A DNA stretch of 38,535 bases, from the NCBI GenBank assembly GCA_902793315.1, contig CADBCT010000006.1:1-38535 (forward strand), given 5' to 3'. This stretch comes from an uncultured Erysipelotrichaceae bacterium (GTDB lineage Bacteria; Bacillota_I; Bacilli_A; RF39; UBA660). Both the position numbers and the translations under genes were made by a program. The notes beneath the pieces are model-generated. The model had not been told where the DNA came from. It ran no database searches and saw only the letters and a program-made list of their open reading frames with translations. Of this stretch, positions 9,532 through 20,491 are shown one piece after another. Position 1 is the first letter of the stretch, and every line of letters starts with the position of its first letter.

Positions 9532-10107
9532 TTATTCTTCTGCATACGCTTTTCCAACGTCATATGAAATAACGCTAGTACATACGCCTGCATCACTTAA
9601 GTATTCTGTTAGCTTTGCTTTTCCCTCCTCTGCTTTACCTGTGGATTCTTCATCCATTACTTCAGAAGTAATTTCCTTAATATAATCAATTTTACCTTCT
9701 GACAAACCAGAACTCTCTTTTAATTCTATTCCAATCTTTTTAGTGTCATCATATAATTCTACTAAACGAATATAATATTCATATCTATTTGCCTTTCTAG
9801 TAACCGCTACAAATGATTCATATTGTAAATACTGTCCACCATTAGGCCCTTTAGTTATGTCACCAGTATTATTTAATGAATTTAGTGAATACACTACACA
9901 TTCATTTACCTTTGGTTTATTTACTGGCTTAAGTTGTGAAAATCTTATCTTAGCAGTATCTACTGTTTTATCAGCATCTGCCTTCATAACTTTAAATTTA
10001 TTATTAGCTAAAATTCCTGTGACATTAGGTATAGTAATAACCATTAATATTCCTAATACTACTAACATTGCTAGTATTTCTACTAATGTAAAACCTTTAT
10101 TATTCAT
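9532..10107 (-). CDS. prepilin-type N-terminal cleavage/methylation domain protein (second pilin-like gene)
   Basis: MNNKG|FTLVEILAMLVVLGILMVITIPNV. The ATG at 10107 is preceded by a GAGGTAGA SD. The start in the track (10128) adds 7 unlikely codons. Confidence 0.85.
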   Translation of the reverse strand: MNNKGFTLVEILAMLVVLGILMVITIPNVTGILANNKFKVMKADADKTVDTAKIRFSQLKPVNKPKVNECVVYSLNSLNNTGDITKGPNGGQYLQYESFVAVTRKANRYEYYIRLVELYDDTKKIGIELKESSGLSEGKIDYIKEITSEVMDEESTGKAEEGKAKLTEYLSDAGVCTSVISYDVGKAYAEE

Positions 10108-10153
10108 ATCATCTACCTCTATCATCATTATAGCATATATTTTTAAATTGCAA

Positions 10154-11287
10154 CTATTTTATTACTTTTTTTAAATTACTTATTTCGATAGTATTATTAT
10201 TTGTAAATGTATCTTTATTAAATAAATTATCATATCTAAAAATAACAAATCCTTTATAATTATTAATATTTCTAGCTAGTATAACTTCTTTCATTAAAAT
10301 ATTATTGTTCTCAATCCATTCCTTTCTTCCACCTTTTGCATATATATCCTCTTTTCCTATCTTATAAGCAGCTAATCCTATCAACATTTCTAAATCATCA
10401 TTTCTAATTAATTTTTGCCATTCTGCTATAGCTTTAGGATAACTCTTAGCTTCATTATTAAAACCATAATAAAGTTGAGGAATAATAAAATCTATGTAAT
10501 TATCTTCACTCATCCAAGAACGAATATCAGCCATGTTTTTTTGATAATTATTATCAATATTGCCATCTGGAGATATGCCAAATTTAATATTCTTTTCTTT
10601 ACACTTACTATACACTGTCTTTACTAAATTATTTACATTATTTAAACGATATTCTTCAAGAGATATGTTTGGATGCTTTATCAAATATTTTTTATAATCA
10701 TTATAATCAATATTAGTATTTTGATAAAAATAATCATCAAATAATAATCCATCTATATTATAGTTTAATACTTCTTCTACACCATCAACTATTAAATTAA
10801 CTACTTCTTTCTTAGCTGGATTATAATAAATACCATTATTAATATAAATATTATCTGTTCCAATATATTTATAGGCTGGATTATCTTTAGTAATTAAATC
10901 AATATTATTAGTTGTTTCTACTCGATAAGGATTGATCCAAGCATATAACCTTAGATTACTATTATGAGCTTCTTTAATAAAATAATCTAACACATCATAA
11001 GACTTACCATCATTAGTAATATATTTACTATAGGGAAATATATTAGAATCATATATAGCATCACTAGATACTCGTACCTGAAGAATAATAGTATTTAAAT
11101 TATAACCTTTAATATTATTAATCATTTTCTTAATATTATTTTTACTAGTCTCTTCACTATAATCTTTAATATATTCACTTAATTCAATATAACTAATAAA
11201 AACTCCTCTGGTTTCATTTGCTGTTTCCAAATCATTAATATTACTAAGTATTAGTAATAGTATAAAAATTATTAATAGCTTTTTCAT
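10154..11287 (-). CDS. secreted glycoside-hydrolase-like family 10 protein (GHL10/DUF187, YngK-like)
   Basis: It has a signal peptide (MKKLLIIFILLLILS). RGVFISYIE...NTIILQVR...DAIYDS.IFPYS, YAWINPYR and DGLLFDDYFY fit the GHL10 pattern as I remember it. Confidence 0.65.
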   Translation of the reverse strand: MKKLLIIFILLLILSNINDLETANETRGVFISYIELSEYIKDYSEETSKNNIKKMINNIKGYNLNTIILQVRVSSDAIYDSNIFPYSKYITNDGKSYDVLDYFIKEAHNSNLRLYAWINPYRVETTNNIDLITKDNPAYKYIGTDNIYINNGIYYNPAKKEVVNLIVDGVEEVLNYNIDGLLFDDYFYQNTNIDYNDYKKYLIKHPNISLEEYRLNNVNNLVKTVYSKCKEKNIKFGISPDGNIDNNYQKNMADIRSWMSEDNYIDFIIPQLYYGFNNEAKSYPKAIAEWQKLIRNDDLEMLIGLAAYKIGKEDIYAKGGRKEWIENNNILMKEVILARNINNYKGFVIFRYDNLFNKDTFTNNNTIEISNLKKVIK

Positions 11288-11331
11288 AATATCACCATTA
11301 ATAATTTAACTTATTAAATATAAGAAAATTG

Positions 11332-11973
11332 TCACTTTATTTTATCTTTTTCAATTAAAAATAAATTATCATCTTTATAAAAACCATAGAATATATTTTC
11401 TAAATCTATTTTTTCTTTAGCAAGTTCTTCTTCTAACCAAATACTTGTCTTATTAATGGCTCTTAAAACATCTTTATTTACTTTACTATCGACAATTAAT
11501 GGTAATGGATAATCTCCTTCTGTTTGATCTTTTTTAAATATTGATAATTTACCACTCGTTTCTAAAATAGCATAATCTACTTCAGAAATTGATTTAATTG
11601 AATTTATTCTAAGTTGAGCTAACAAATCATCTAAATTATAACGTTGTTTTTTCATTTCTTTAAAATTAACTTTTCCTTTTTCAATAATAATAGATGGCTC
11701 TCCATCAATAATTTTTCTAAAAGTATAATTATGCAATGATACTCTAGCAAGCACTATTTGTAATAATACTAAGATAGTTATTGGTAATAAAGAAACCAAA
11801 ATACTTTTTTCATAGTTTTCAATAGAAATAGCTACCATCTCTGCAATAAAAATAGAAACTATAAAATCCATTATTGATAATTCACCTATTTCTCTCTTAC
11901 CCATTATTCGATAAAAGATTGCTACTATAGAATAAAAGAAAACACATCTAAATAAGATAATAAAATATTTCAT
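11332..11973 (-). CDS. DUF421 (YetF-like) membrane protein
   Basis: GKREIGELSIMDFIVSIFIAEMVA plus the C-terminal soluble domain are typical of YetF/YdfS-type proteins. Confidence 0.75.
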   Translation of the reverse strand: MKYFIILFRCVFFYSIVAIFYRIMGKREIGELSIMDFIVSIFIAEMVAISIENYEKSILVSLLPITILVLLQIVLARVSLHNYTFRKIIDGEPSIIIEKGKVNFKEMKKQRYNLDDLLAQLRINSIKSISEVDYAILETSGKLSIFKKDQTEGDYPLPLIVDSKVNKDVLRAINKTSIWLEEELAKEKIDLENIFYGFYKDDNLFLIEKDKIK

Positions 11974-12048
11974 TAAATCACCTAATTATATTATGAACTT
12001 AATCATAATTTTTTATGCTAAAGCATACTTTTTTATAGAGGTGATATT

Positions 12049-12396
12049 ATCAAATATCTTAAATACTTATTATTAACCATAATTACTATTACACTATTAT
12101 TATTTATAATTACTATTCTTAATTATTATAATATTATTGATAATAATTTCTTCAAACTATTGAAACTATTACTATTATTAATAGCTATCTCTATTAATAG
12201 CTATTTACTAGGTAATAATTATCAAAAGAAAAAATACCTTATAGGTATTAAATTTGGTTTACTAATTACTACTTTACTATTTATTATTACTCTTATTACT
12301 AATAGTTTTAAAATTAAATTATTGCTTTACTATTTAATAATTATAAGTACAACTACTATTAGTAGTATTATTAGTAAAAGAAAAAATACGTCTTAG
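12049..12396 (+). CDS. small polytopic membrane protein (TIGR04086/YrzE-like guess); start probably non-canonical
   Basis: The frame is open from 12022. The track gives only 12160..12396, with a TTG start and no SD. A strong SD AGAGGTGAT lies at 12037-12045, and the only in-frame candidates after it are ATT 12046 and ATC 12049 (7 nt after GAGG). The extension adds one more hydrophobic helix. Confidence 0.45.
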   Translation: MKYLKYLLLTIITITLLLFIITILNYYNIIDNNFFKLLKLLLLLIAISINSYLLGNNYQKKKYLIGIKFGLLITTLLFIITLITNSFKIKLLLYYLIIISTTTISSIISKRKNTS

Positions 12397-13724
12397 GCGT
12401 ATTTTAAACTTCTTTTTCTTCTAATTATAATTGTACCGATAATCATAATTATAAAGATACCAGTAACAATTAAAATATTTCTGCTATCATTATCTTTTAC
12501 TTCAATAACTTTTTCTTCATCACTCACTAAGAATAATGAATTAGAATCATATTCACAAGTATCATCTTTAGGGCAGTTAATTTGTCCTACTAAATAAAGA
12601 ATATCATTAGAAAATATATAATCTGATACATCATAGTACTCATCATAAATCTTTTTAATTTTATTTTTTATTTCTCCTTCTAAACCAATCTTTACAATCT
12701 CTAGATTAGTATCAATATTATCATTAGAATACAATAATAAGTATTCTTTTATTTTATTATCTTTTTTTAATGGTAATAACTTGATTATTTTATTATTATC
12801 AATTGCAATATCTCCAAAAGTTTCCCAATAATTTTCATTATTAGAATTATAATTAGCTAAATAATAACTAGTAGTTCCTTTATTTAGTTTAACTTGTTTA
12901 GTATCCCCATAAAGAATAAAACCATCATTTGCTTCAGCCAAGTGATATGAACAAGATTCTTCTAAATCATTCTTAATAACAATAGGTTCCTCTCCATAAA
13001 CATTGAATCTAATTAATTCGCTCATTAAGTTATCACTATTTTGTCTAAGTACTACATAACCAATTATCTTTTGATCTTTAATTATATTTTCAATATCTAA
13101 ATATTGAAAATTATCATACTCTCTTGACCACATGATATTTAAATCACGATCAAATTTTAAAACATAACTAGTATAAGTATCAAAATTATTCCCAATAGCT
13201 ACATATCCATCTATAATACCTTCATCTGTATAAGTTTCTTTTATTTTAGAAAGCATTATCTTATTACTAGCCTCAAGATTTTTTTCAAAAATAACTTTCC
13301 CATCAAAAGAAAGTTTAATAAAAATAGTATTTTCAGTTATACTTTCTTGAGTTGTACAATGCATTGTAATTAGATATCCATCAATCATACCAGTATTATC
13401 ATAACTATAATTCAATGAATCTATTTTATCACCAGTTTTATTACCATAAATATATTTCCAAGTAATTTTATTATTATTATCATACTTAGTAACAATAACA
13501 CGATAATCTTTAGTATCGGAGTTATCTTCTTGACTATTATCTTTTAAAATATAACCCCCAATAATTTTTCCATCTTTTTTTCCTTCTATATTATAAGAAT
13601 CAATAATATAATTGAATTTTTCTTCTTTATATTTATTCATAGAAATTACTGTATCTTTAGCAAAAACACTATTATTACATAGCATAATAATCAATAGTAT
13701 TAATAACAAATTAAACTTTTTCAT
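12393..13724 (-). CDS. surface protein with signal peptide, repeated beta-rich modules and a C-terminal TM anchor
   Basis: It has the signal peptide MKKFNLLLILLIIMLCNNSVFA. IDGY/IIGY-type motifs recur (GMIDGYLIT, GIIDGYVAIG, IIGYVVL). The C-terminus is ILIVTGIFIIMIIGTIIIRRKR. Confidence 0.55.
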   Translation of the reverse strand: MKKFNLLLILLIIMLCNNSVFAKDTVISMNKYKEEKFNYIIDSYNIEGKKDGKIIGGYILKDNSQEDNSDTKDYRVIVTKYDNNNKITWKYIYGNKTGDKIDSLNYSYDNTGMIDGYLITMHCTTQESITENTIFIKLSFDGKVIFEKNLEASNKIMLSKIKETYTDEGIIDGYVAIGNNFDTYTSYVLKFDRDLNIMWSREYDNFQYLDIENIIKDQKIIGYVVLRQNSDNLMSELIRFNVYGEEPIVIKNDLEESCSYHLAEANDGFILYGDTKQVKLNKGTTSYYLANYNSNNENYWETFGDIAIDNNKIIKLLPLKKDNKIKEYLLLYSNDNIDTNLEIVKIGLEGEIKNKIKKIYDEYYDVSDYIFSNDILYLVGQINCPKDDTCEYDSNSLFLVSDEEKVIEVKDNDSRNILIVTGIFIIMIIGTIIIRRKRSLKYA

Positions 13725-13750
13725 AATACACCTCTAGGTACTTATATTAT

Positions 13751-13780
13751 AAAATAAAAGAAGACTAAATACTAGTCTTC
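13751..13780 (-). terminator. rho-independent terminator after trmK
   Basis: The minus strand reads GAAGACTA-GTATT-TAGTCTTC followed by TTTTATTTT. Confidence 0.6.
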
Positions 13781-14440
13781 TATTTCTTTTTTTATCATTT
13801 CTATTTCTTTTCGAGTTTGATATTTTTTATACCTGTAATTTTTAGGTAAAAGAGAAAGTAATATTTCACGTGATTTAATTTCTCTCTCATAATATTCTCT
13901 AAATAAAGGACCTTTTTTTATTAAAAATATTGGTCCAAAGAAATATTCCTTTTTAGTATATTTCTTCTTACCTTTTTTTAGAATTATTATTTGATAAATG
14001 AACTTTTTATCACGAACAAATTCTTCATTATGAATATAAAAACCATTTTTACATAAATATTTTTTTACATCTTCTTGATAATTATTAGGACTTACTATTA
14101 AAGATTTTATTTCCTTTAACACTTTGGGATTGTCTTTACAAATACCAATGATATTTCTACCACCCATACCAGATATTATAACAGTATCTATTTCATCTGA
14201 ATATGTATCTAATCCTGCGCCTAAGCGTATTTCAATTTTTCCATCTAATCTTTCTCTTTTTATATTATTTTTAGCTTGCTCTAATGGTCCTTCAGCAATA
14301 TCACTAGCAATTGCTTTAATATTTTTATTTAATCTTACTAGATAAATATCAAGTAAAGCATGATCACAACCGACATCTAGACATACAGAGTTAGCTTCTA
14401 CCAAATCACCTATTTTTTTTAATCTCTCATTAATTTTCAT
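13772..14440 (-). CDS. trmK: tRNA (adenine22-N1)-methyltransferase
   Basis: LDVGCDHALLDIYLV...ASDIAEGPL..A..N are seen. Its position directly downstream of sigA matches Bacillus (yqfN). Confidence 0.8.
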   Translation of the reverse strand: MKINERLKKIGDLVEANSVCLDVGCDHALLDIYLVRLNKNIKAIASDIAEGPLEQAKNNIKRERLDGKIEIRLGAGLDTYSDEIDTVIISGMGGRNIIGICKDNPKVLKEIKSLIVSPNNYQEDVKKYLCKNGFYIHNEEFVRDKKFIYQIIILKKGKKKYTKKEYFFGPIFLIKKGPLFREYYEREIKSREILLSLLPKNYRYKKYQTRKEIEMIKKEIED

Positions 14441-15531
14441 TAGTCTGTTAAAAAATCCTTTAATTTACGAGAACGAGATGGATGTCTTAATTTTCTTAAA
14501 GCCTTTGCTTCAATTTGACGAATACGTTCACGAGTAACTCCAAAAATTTGTCCTACTTCCTCTAGAGTTCTACATTGACCATCATCTAAACCAAATCTAA
14601 GTCTTAATACTTTTTCTTCTCTTTCAGTAAGAGTAGCAAGTACTCCTCTTAATTCTTCTTTTAACATTTCTACTGTTGCGTATTCTTCAGGCCCCATAGT
14701 TCTTTCATCTTTTATAAAGTCTCCTAAATGAGAATCATCTTCTTCTCCAATTGGAGTTTCTAAAGATACCGGATCTTGACTTATTTTATATACTTCACGA
14801 ACCTTTTCGACAGTAATACCTAATTTCTTAGCTATTTCTTCATCAGTTGGTTCTCTGTTTAATTCCTGTGTTAATTGTCTTTGAACACGAGCTAATTTAT
14901 TAATTGTTTCAACCATATGAACTGGAACACGAATAGTTCTAGCCTGATCAGCAATTGCTCTTGTAATAGCTTGTCTTATCCACCAAGTCGCATAAGTAGA
15001 AAACTTATAACCTTTAGTTGGATCAAATTTATCAACTGCTTTCATTAAACCAATATTTCCTTCTTGAATTAAATCCAAAAATAACATTCCACGTCCAACA
15101 TATCTCTTAGCTATAGAAACAACCAAACGAAGATTAGATTCAGCTAACATTCTTTTAGCCTCTTCATCACCTTGCTCTGCTCTTACAGCATATTCAAATT
15201 CTTCATCTGAAGTAAGTAAGTTAATACGACCTATTTCTTTTAAGTACATTCTAACTGGATCATTAATTTTAACATCTTTAGTAAGTGTTAAATTTTCAAC
15301 TGCCATATCTTCAGTTATTTCTTCACCGTTAGCATCATCAGTACCATCTTCAGATACAATATCAATATTAGCTTCTACCAAAAAATTATATAATTCATCT
15401 AGTGAATCACTGTCTACTTCTAACCCTTTTAATTGTTCAGCTAGTTGTTCATAAGTAACATAACCTTGTTTTTGACCAATTTTTAATAACTTCTCTTTTC
15501 TTTCATCAAGAGTTTTTATTTCTTCAACCAT
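14440..15531 (-). CDS. sigA: primary RNA polymerase sigma factor (sigma-70/SigA)
   Basis: [61 protein letters not shown] and [28 protein letters not shown] are canonical regions 1.2 to 4.2. Confidence 0.97.
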   Translation of the reverse strand: MVEEIKTLDERKEKLLKIGQKQGYVTYEQLAEQLKGLEVDSDSLDELYNFLVEANIDIVSEDGTDDANGEEITEDMAVENLTLTKDVKINDPVRMYLKEIGRINLLTSDEEFEYAVRAEQGDEEAKRMLAESNLRLVVSIAKRYVGRGMLFLDLIQEGNIGLMKAVDKFDPTKGYKFSTYATWWIRQAITRAIADQARTIRVPVHMVETINKLARVQRQLTQELNREPTDEEIAKKLGITVEKVREVYKISQDPVSLETPIGEEDDSHLGDFIKDERTMGPEEYATVEMLKEELRGVLATLTEREEKVLRLRFGLDDGQCRTLEEVGQIFGVTRERIRQIEAKALRKLRHPSRSRKLKDFLTD

Positions 15532-15533
15532 AC

Positions 15534-17255
15534 CTAATTATCTCCTAACTTAAGCTTTCTAATCTTCTCAGCTATTTTAGCTTGTTCTAATGGATCTATT
15601 TCTTTTTTCATTAAACCTGTAAGTCTTTTAATTTCTTCTTTAGTAGCAAATTCTCTAGCTACTTTAAAGTATTCCTCTAACTCCTTATTATCAGTAGTCT
15701 CATTATACTCTTCAGCTAAAATACCATTGATTAGTAACATAATATCTTCTTTATCCCCAATTGAAGTATAGAAATCAGCAACATTAATATTACCATACTT
15801 CTTATAATAATAGATTATTTCACTACAGGTCTTTCTCATTGCATTTGTTGGAAAAATTAGTTTTCCTTCTTCTACCTCAGTAATAACCCAATCATTATTC
15901 AACATAAAGTAAATAATTTGTTCAAAAGCTTTTGTGTATTTATCCTTCTTTGTTACTTCTTTCTTAGGAATTACAATCTCTTTCTTATCCTCTTTTTTTA
16001 GAAGGCTATTCATACGCATTTCCAGTGTATTATAACCTATATCAAACTCTTTTGCAAGTCTTTTTAGGACAACTTCTCTTCTTATTTCATCAGATAGTTT
16101 TGCTGTTTCTTCAATAACTTTATTAATATAATTAGCTTTTTCTTCATCACTTCGAAAATCTACTGTATCACGTAGTTTTTTTAATTTAAAATCAGAGTAA
16201 TTTAAAGCATTATCTATTAATCCTTGAAAACGTTCTTTACCATGTTTCAAAATAAAACTATCTGGATCATCATTATCAGGAATTTCTACTACTTTAACTT
16301 CGATACCATTATTAAATAATAATTCTCCATTAGTTAAAGCTGCGTGTACTCCTGGAGCATCTCCATCTAAACACAAAATAATATTATTAGATAACCTCTT
16401 AAGTAAATTAATTTGTTCTTTTGTTAAAGCTGTTCCCATTAAAGCTACAGTATTCTTAATACCAATTGAACTAGCTCTAATAACATCCATGAATCCTTCC
16501 ATTACAATAACACTTTTACTTAAACGGCATTCTTCTCGTGCTATATGATAATGGTACAGAGTTTCCCCTTTTTTAAATATTTCTGTTTCTTTAGTATTTA
16601 CATATTTATTACTACCATTATCCTTATAGATTCTACCACTAAAGCCTACAACTTTTCCGGTAACATCATATAAAGGAAACATAATTCTTTCATTATAAAC
16701 ATCATGATTATCAGAAGTTAAACCTATTTTATTTAATGTAGCTAAATCATAATCTTTACCAGTTAATAACTTAGTTAAATCATCTTTACTTTCCAATGAA
16801 AGACCTATTTCAAATTCTTTAATAATAGACTCATCTATTTTTCTATTTAATAAATATTTCTTTGCTAATTTACCAGCTGTACTATTTAAATTATTCTGAT
16901 AATATTTCAAAGCCAACTTATAAGCATCATATAATTTATCATATTTAGTACTTTTCTTTGTTACTTTAATACTACCAGTATCTATACCTACTTTATCTCC
17001 TAAATACTTTAATGCTTCTTTGAAATCGATATGTTCATAATTCATTAAAAAAGTAAAAACATTACCAGTAGCATGACAAGAAAAACAAGTATAAATCTGT
17101 TTTTCTCTAGATACACTCATTGAAGGATTTGTATCATCATGAAAAGGGCACACTCCAAAAAAGTTCTTGCCCTTTGCAACTAATGGTATTCTCTCTCCGA
17201 TGATATCAACTATATCTACTTTACTACGTATTTCATTAGCTAAGTCATGATTCAT
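15534..17255 (-). CDS. dnaG: DNA primase
   Basis: It has the zinc finger [13 protein letters not shown]....FSCHATGN and the TOPRIM motifs MEGFMDV and DGDAPG. The GTG in the track (17267) lies inside the SD AAGGTGGTGG, so the ATG at 17255 is preferred. Confidence 0.95.
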   Translation of the reverse strand: MNHDLANEIRSKVDIVDIIGERIPLVAKGKNFFGVCPFHDDTNPSMSVSREKQIYTCFSCHATGNVFTFLMNYEHIDFKEALKYLGDKVGIDTGSIKVTKKSTKYDKLYDAYKLALKYYQNNLNSTAGKLAKKYLLNRKIDESIIKEFEIGLSLESKDDLTKLLTGKDYDLATLNKIGLTSDNHDVYNERIMFPLYDVTGKVVGFSGRIYKDNGSNKYVNTKETEIFKKGETLYHYHIAREECRLSKSVIVMEGFMDVIRASSIGIKNTVALMGTALTKEQINLLKRLSNNIILCLDGDAPGVHAALTNGELLFNNGIEVKVVEIPDNDDPDSFILKHGKERFQGLIDNALNYSDFKLKKLRDTVDFRSDEEKANYINKVIEETAKLSDEIRREVVLKRLAKEFDIGYNTLEMRMNSLLKKEDKKEIVIPKKEVTKKDKYTKAFEQIIYFMLNNDWVITEVEEGKLIFPTNAMRKTCSEIIYYYKKYGNINVADFYTSIGDKEDIMLLINGILAEEYNETTDNKELEEYFKVAREFATKEEIKRLTGLMKKEIDPLEQAKIAEKIRKLKLGDN

Positions 17256-17289
17256 TGATACCACCACCTTTACCTACCTATATATAATA

Positions 17290-17715
17290 TCATATTTTTA
17301 GTTTTTTTTCTACTGTTTTTACACTTCTAAACATATTAATTTTAGTTTCTATAAATTCATTGAAAACAAGTTGTTTATCATTAAAACTCTCTTTATCATG
17401 ATAAATTTCTATATAATCCTCATTTAAAGGATTCTTAGTTGCTTCTAAATGAACTAATTCTTGTTGATAAGAAAATACTAAAAAATCAATTAATCTAGCC
17501 ACTTCATTAAAATTATTATCATCTAGTATTTCTAATATCTTTTCTAAATGATTATTATAAGAATCCTTAAGTAACTTGATTTCATCTATACTATTAGAAT
17601 AATCAATATCATTTATTTCTCTTAATACATATTTAATTATATCTTCTTTAGTATACTCAGGATGATCCCTATCATAAGCATCATATTCATCAATTATTTC
17701 TTCTAATGCATTCAT
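17290..17715 (-). CDS. acidic hypothetical protein
   Basis: 141-143 aa ORF between thrS and dnaG. The ATG at 17715 is 6 nt after GAAGGT. I recognise no motif. Confidence 0.5.
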   Translation of the reverse strand: MNALEEIIDEYDAYDRDHPEYTKEDIIKYVLREINDIDYSNSIDEIKLLKDSYNNHLEKILEILDDNNFNEVARLIDFLVFSYQQELVHLEATKNPLNEDYIEIYHDKESFNDKQLVFNEFIETKINMFRSVKTVEKKLKI

Positions 17716-17763
17716 ATACATACCTTCTTGAATATTTATCTTAGACTAAATAAATTTATTAGT

Positions 17764-17792
17764 CAATAAAAGAAGTAACAATGTTACTTCTT
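17764..17792 (-). terminator. terminator-like hairpin after thrS
   Basis: The minus strand reads AGAAGTAAC-ATT-GTTACTTCT followed by TTTATT (a weak T tract). Confidence 0.45.
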
Positions 17793-19550
17793 AAATAATT
17801 TTCTTTGATCTACTTCTTCTCTTACTAATTTAATAAAATCTTTTTGACTTAAAGTTGTAGTATCCTTTTCTCCAAATAAACGATAACTAATAGTTTTATC
17901 ATTCTTTTCATTATCTCCTAAGATAAGAGTATATGGAATCTTCTTAGTCTGTGCTTCTCTTAAACGATAACCCAGTTTTTCATTACGATCATCTAAGAAT
18001 ACCCTAAAACCTTCTTCTTGTAGCATTTCTGTTACTTCTTTAGCATAATCTGCTTGGAATTCAGAGTTTACTGGCATAACAACCATTTGTTTAGGAGCTA
18101 ACCATAATGGTAATATTCCTTTAGTTTCTTCTAAATAATAAGCTATTGTTCTATCAATAGAACCAAATACTGCTCTATGAAGAACTACTGGAGTTTTCTT
18201 AGAACCATCTTTATCTACATAAGTTAAATCAAATTTAGCTGGCAAACAGAAATCTATTTGACAAGTTGATAAAGCAAATGAATTACCAACAGCTGGTTTA
18301 ACTATAACATCTAACTTAGGTCCATAGAAAGCAGCTTCTCCAATCATTTCTTCATATGGTACTCCATAATCAGACATAATCTTTCTTAAAGCATCTTCAG
18401 CTTTATTCCACATTTCATCATCTTGATGATATTTAACTTTATCTTCAGGATCTCTTAGGCTTAATTCAAATTTATAATCAGTAATACCTAATTCTTCATA
18501 TACTTCTAATATTAAATCAACAACATTTTTGAATTCTTCACCTATTTGATCTGGAGTACAGAAAATATGTGAATCATTTTGACAGAAAGTACGTACTCTT
18601 TCTACTCCTTTTAAAGAACCACTAGTTTCATAACGACAATCTCTAGCAATCTCTGCTATTCTAAGTGGTAAATCACGATATGAATGTAATTCATTACCAT
18701 ACATTACCATATGATGTGGACAATTCATTGGACGTAGTACATATTCTTCATCTTCTACTTGCATAATTGGGAACATTGCATCTTTATAATGAGCTAAATG
18801 TCCTGATGTTTTATATAATTCAACATTTCCTAAAGGTGGAGTTTGTACATGATGATATCCTCTTTTTATTTCTTTATCTCTAATATATTCTTCTAATTCA
18901 TGCCATAGAATAAATCCATTAGGTAAGTACATAGGAAGTCCTCTACCTACTAAATCACTCATCATATAGATACCTAAATCTTTACCAATCTTACGATGAT
19001 CTCTTTCTTTAGCTTCTTCTAATGCTTGTAAATGAGCTTCTAAATCTTCTGGATTATCAAAACAAATTCCATAGATTCTTTGAAGCATCTTATTCTTCGC
19101 ATCACCTTTCCAGTAAGCTCCACTAACCTTTAATAATTTAAAATTCTTTAATAACTTAGTAGACTCAACATGTGGTCCACGACAAAGATCAGTAAAATCT
19201 CCTTGAGTATACATAGAAATAACTACTTCATTTTCATCCATACGAGATATTAAATCTACTTTATATGGATCATCTTTAAATCTTTCTAAAGCTTCCTTCT
19301 TAGATATTTCTTCACGAACAATACGTTTATTATCTTTAGAACACTTTTTCATTTCTTTTTCAATCTTAGGTAAATCTTCTTCTGTAAGAACTTCATCACC
19401 TAAATCAATATCATAATAAAATCCCTCTTCAATAACTGGTCCTACCCAAAATTTAGCATTTGGATATAAATGCTTTACTGCCTGAGCAAGTAAGTGTGCA
19501 CAAGAGTGATTCATTACACTTAATTTTTCATCTTCTTTAATATTTATCAT
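17784..19550 (-). CDS. thrS: threonine--tRNA ligase lacking the N-terminal TGS domain
   Basis: 588 aa. It starts about 10 aa before the editing-domain motif HSCAHLLAQAVKHLY. It then shows RDHRKIG, LRPMNCPHH and the class II core and anticodon-binding domain. About 58 N-terminal residues present in B. subtilis/E. coli ThrRS are absent. Confidence 0.95.
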   Translation of the reverse strand: MINIKEDEKLSVMNHSCAHLLAQAVKHLYPNAKFWVGPVIEEGFYYDIDLGDEVLTEEDLPKIEKEMKKCSKDNKRIVREEISKKEALERFKDDPYKVDLISRMDENEVVISMYTQGDFTDLCRGPHVESTKLLKNFKLLKVSGAYWKGDAKNKMLQRIYGICFDNPEDLEAHLQALEEAKERDHRKIGKDLGIYMMSDLVGRGLPMYLPNGFILWHELEEYIRDKEIKRGYHHVQTPPLGNVELYKTSGHLAHYKDAMFPIMQVEDEEYVLRPMNCPHHMVMYGNELHSYRDLPLRIAEIARDCRYETSGSLKGVERVRTFCQNDSHIFCTPDQIGEEFKNVVDLILEVYEELGITDYKFELSLRDPEDKVKYHQDDEMWNKAEDALRKIMSDYGVPYEEMIGEAAFYGPKLDVIVKPAVGNSFALSTCQIDFCLPAKFDLTYVDKDGSKKTPVVLHRAVFGSIDRTIAYYLEETKGILPLWLAPKQMVVMPVNSEFQADYAKEVTEMLQEEGFRVFLDDRNEKLGYRLREAQTKKIPYTLILGDNEKNDKTISYRLFGEKDTTTLSQKDFIKLVREEVDQRKLFKK

Positions 19551-20269
19551 TTTCTCATTCCTTCCTTTTCTGCTTTTTCTTTTATAAATTCTTTTCTAGC
19601 TAATTTTATTTTTTCTTCTATTATTAATAACCTTTCTTCATAATCTTTAATAACATCATAGTCTTTTTCTTCTCTTAATAAATACTGTAACATTATCTGT
19701 TCACTTCTAAGATTATGTAATAATTCTCCACTATTATAGTTTTCCATATCTAAAGAAATTTTAGGTTTCTTGATAGTACTTCTAATTATATTTCTGGTAG
19801 TGTCTTGCTTACTTCTAAGAAGTTTATTAATAAACATAATTACTTCTTCTTCCTCTATACCAATAACTTGTCTATTCTTTTTAATGAATTTACAAATATA
19901 AGAAATATCTGAATCTATTCTACTAAAGTATTCATAAAACCCAGTATCTTCTGTAGGCATACTGGTACGAAGATAAACTGTATTATCTATTTTAATAAAA
20001 CCTTCTACTGTAGTTGTATATTTCCTAATAGTTTTTAATTCTTGACTATATCTATCTATAGAAATATTTTTTTCTTTAACACTAGCAAATGACCTTAATA
20101 ATTTTTTAAATTCTTTGTGTAAAGCATTTAAGTTTTTATGATATTCTTTTGATCCTTTAAAGTTCTTACTTTCAGTACGTTTCTTCAATAAATCAAACTG
20201 ATTCTTTAATGATTTTTCAAAGATAACTTTCTGTTCCTTATACTTGGTAAAGGTATCATTACTGGTCAT
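19547..20269 (-). CDS. Lys/Glu-rich hypothetical protein, translationally coupled to thrS (occupies the ytxC position)
   Basis: 240 aa with a strong SD (AAGGAGGTGG). Its stop overlaps the thrS start (ATGA). I recognise no motif. Confidence 0.6.
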   Translation of the reverse strand: MTSNDTFTKYKEQKVIFEKSLKNQFDLLKKRTESKNFKGSKEYHKNLNALHKEFKKLLRSFASVKEKNISIDRYSQELKTIRKYTTTVEGFIKIDNTVYLRTSMPTEDTGFYEYFSRIDSDISYICKFIKKNRQVIGIEEEEVIMFINKLLRSKQDTTRNIIRSTIKKPKISLDMENYNSGELLHNLRSEQIMLQYLLREEKDYDVIKDYEERLLIIEEKIKLARKEFIKEKAEKEGMRK

Positions 20270-20284
20270 TTAACCACCTCCTTA

Positions 20285-20485
20285 AAAAATAAAAAGGACA
20301 GTACAGGAGTGCATAGGCACGGTACCATCCTTTGTTTTTCTCATATAATTAACGGCTATCGCCGGAACTACTTTTAATAGTTCTACTCGAAAGGTAGTAA
20401 TTATTAATATATCTATTCATTTCCACCTACCATGAACTCTCTTAAAGACTCTATTAATAATCTTGTCCTTTGTCAATGTATTTCC
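20285..20485 (-). promoter_or_regulatory. T-box riboswitch leader, threonine specifier (ACU)
   Basis: On the minus strand, Stem I shows an AGAGAG bulge and a GGUAGGUGGAA distal loop between UUCAU and AUGAA. The helix UUAUUAAUA/UAUUAAUAA and the base AAAGG/CCUUU leave UUACUA in the specifier loop, so ACU (plus-strand 20396-20398) is followed by A. The T-box sequence is AAAGGAUGGUACCGUGC (20317-20333). The terminator is GGAUGGUAC/GUACUGUCC followed by UUUUUAUUUUUU. Confidence 0.85.
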
Positions 20486-20491
20486 TAAATC

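Noticed and set aside
9202-10174. Plus-strand ORFs 9202..9567 and 9857..10174
   Set aside because: Both lie antisense to the two prepilin genes, whose N-terminal signatures are diagnostic. The translations are low complexity.
10415-10627. 70-aa plus-strand ORF
   Set aside because: It lies antisense within the GHL10 gene, with no start context.
14124-14345. 73-aa plus-strand ORF
   Set aside because: It lies antisense within trmK.
20448-20476. Perfect -35 TTGACA with a 17-nt spacer and TAGAGT as an alternative promoter upstream of the 240-aa ORF/thrS
   Set aside because: Transcription from here would remove the 5' strand of the Stem I base (AAAGG) and of the specifier-loop helix. The upstream TTGCAA/TATATT promoter leaves the T-box fold complete.
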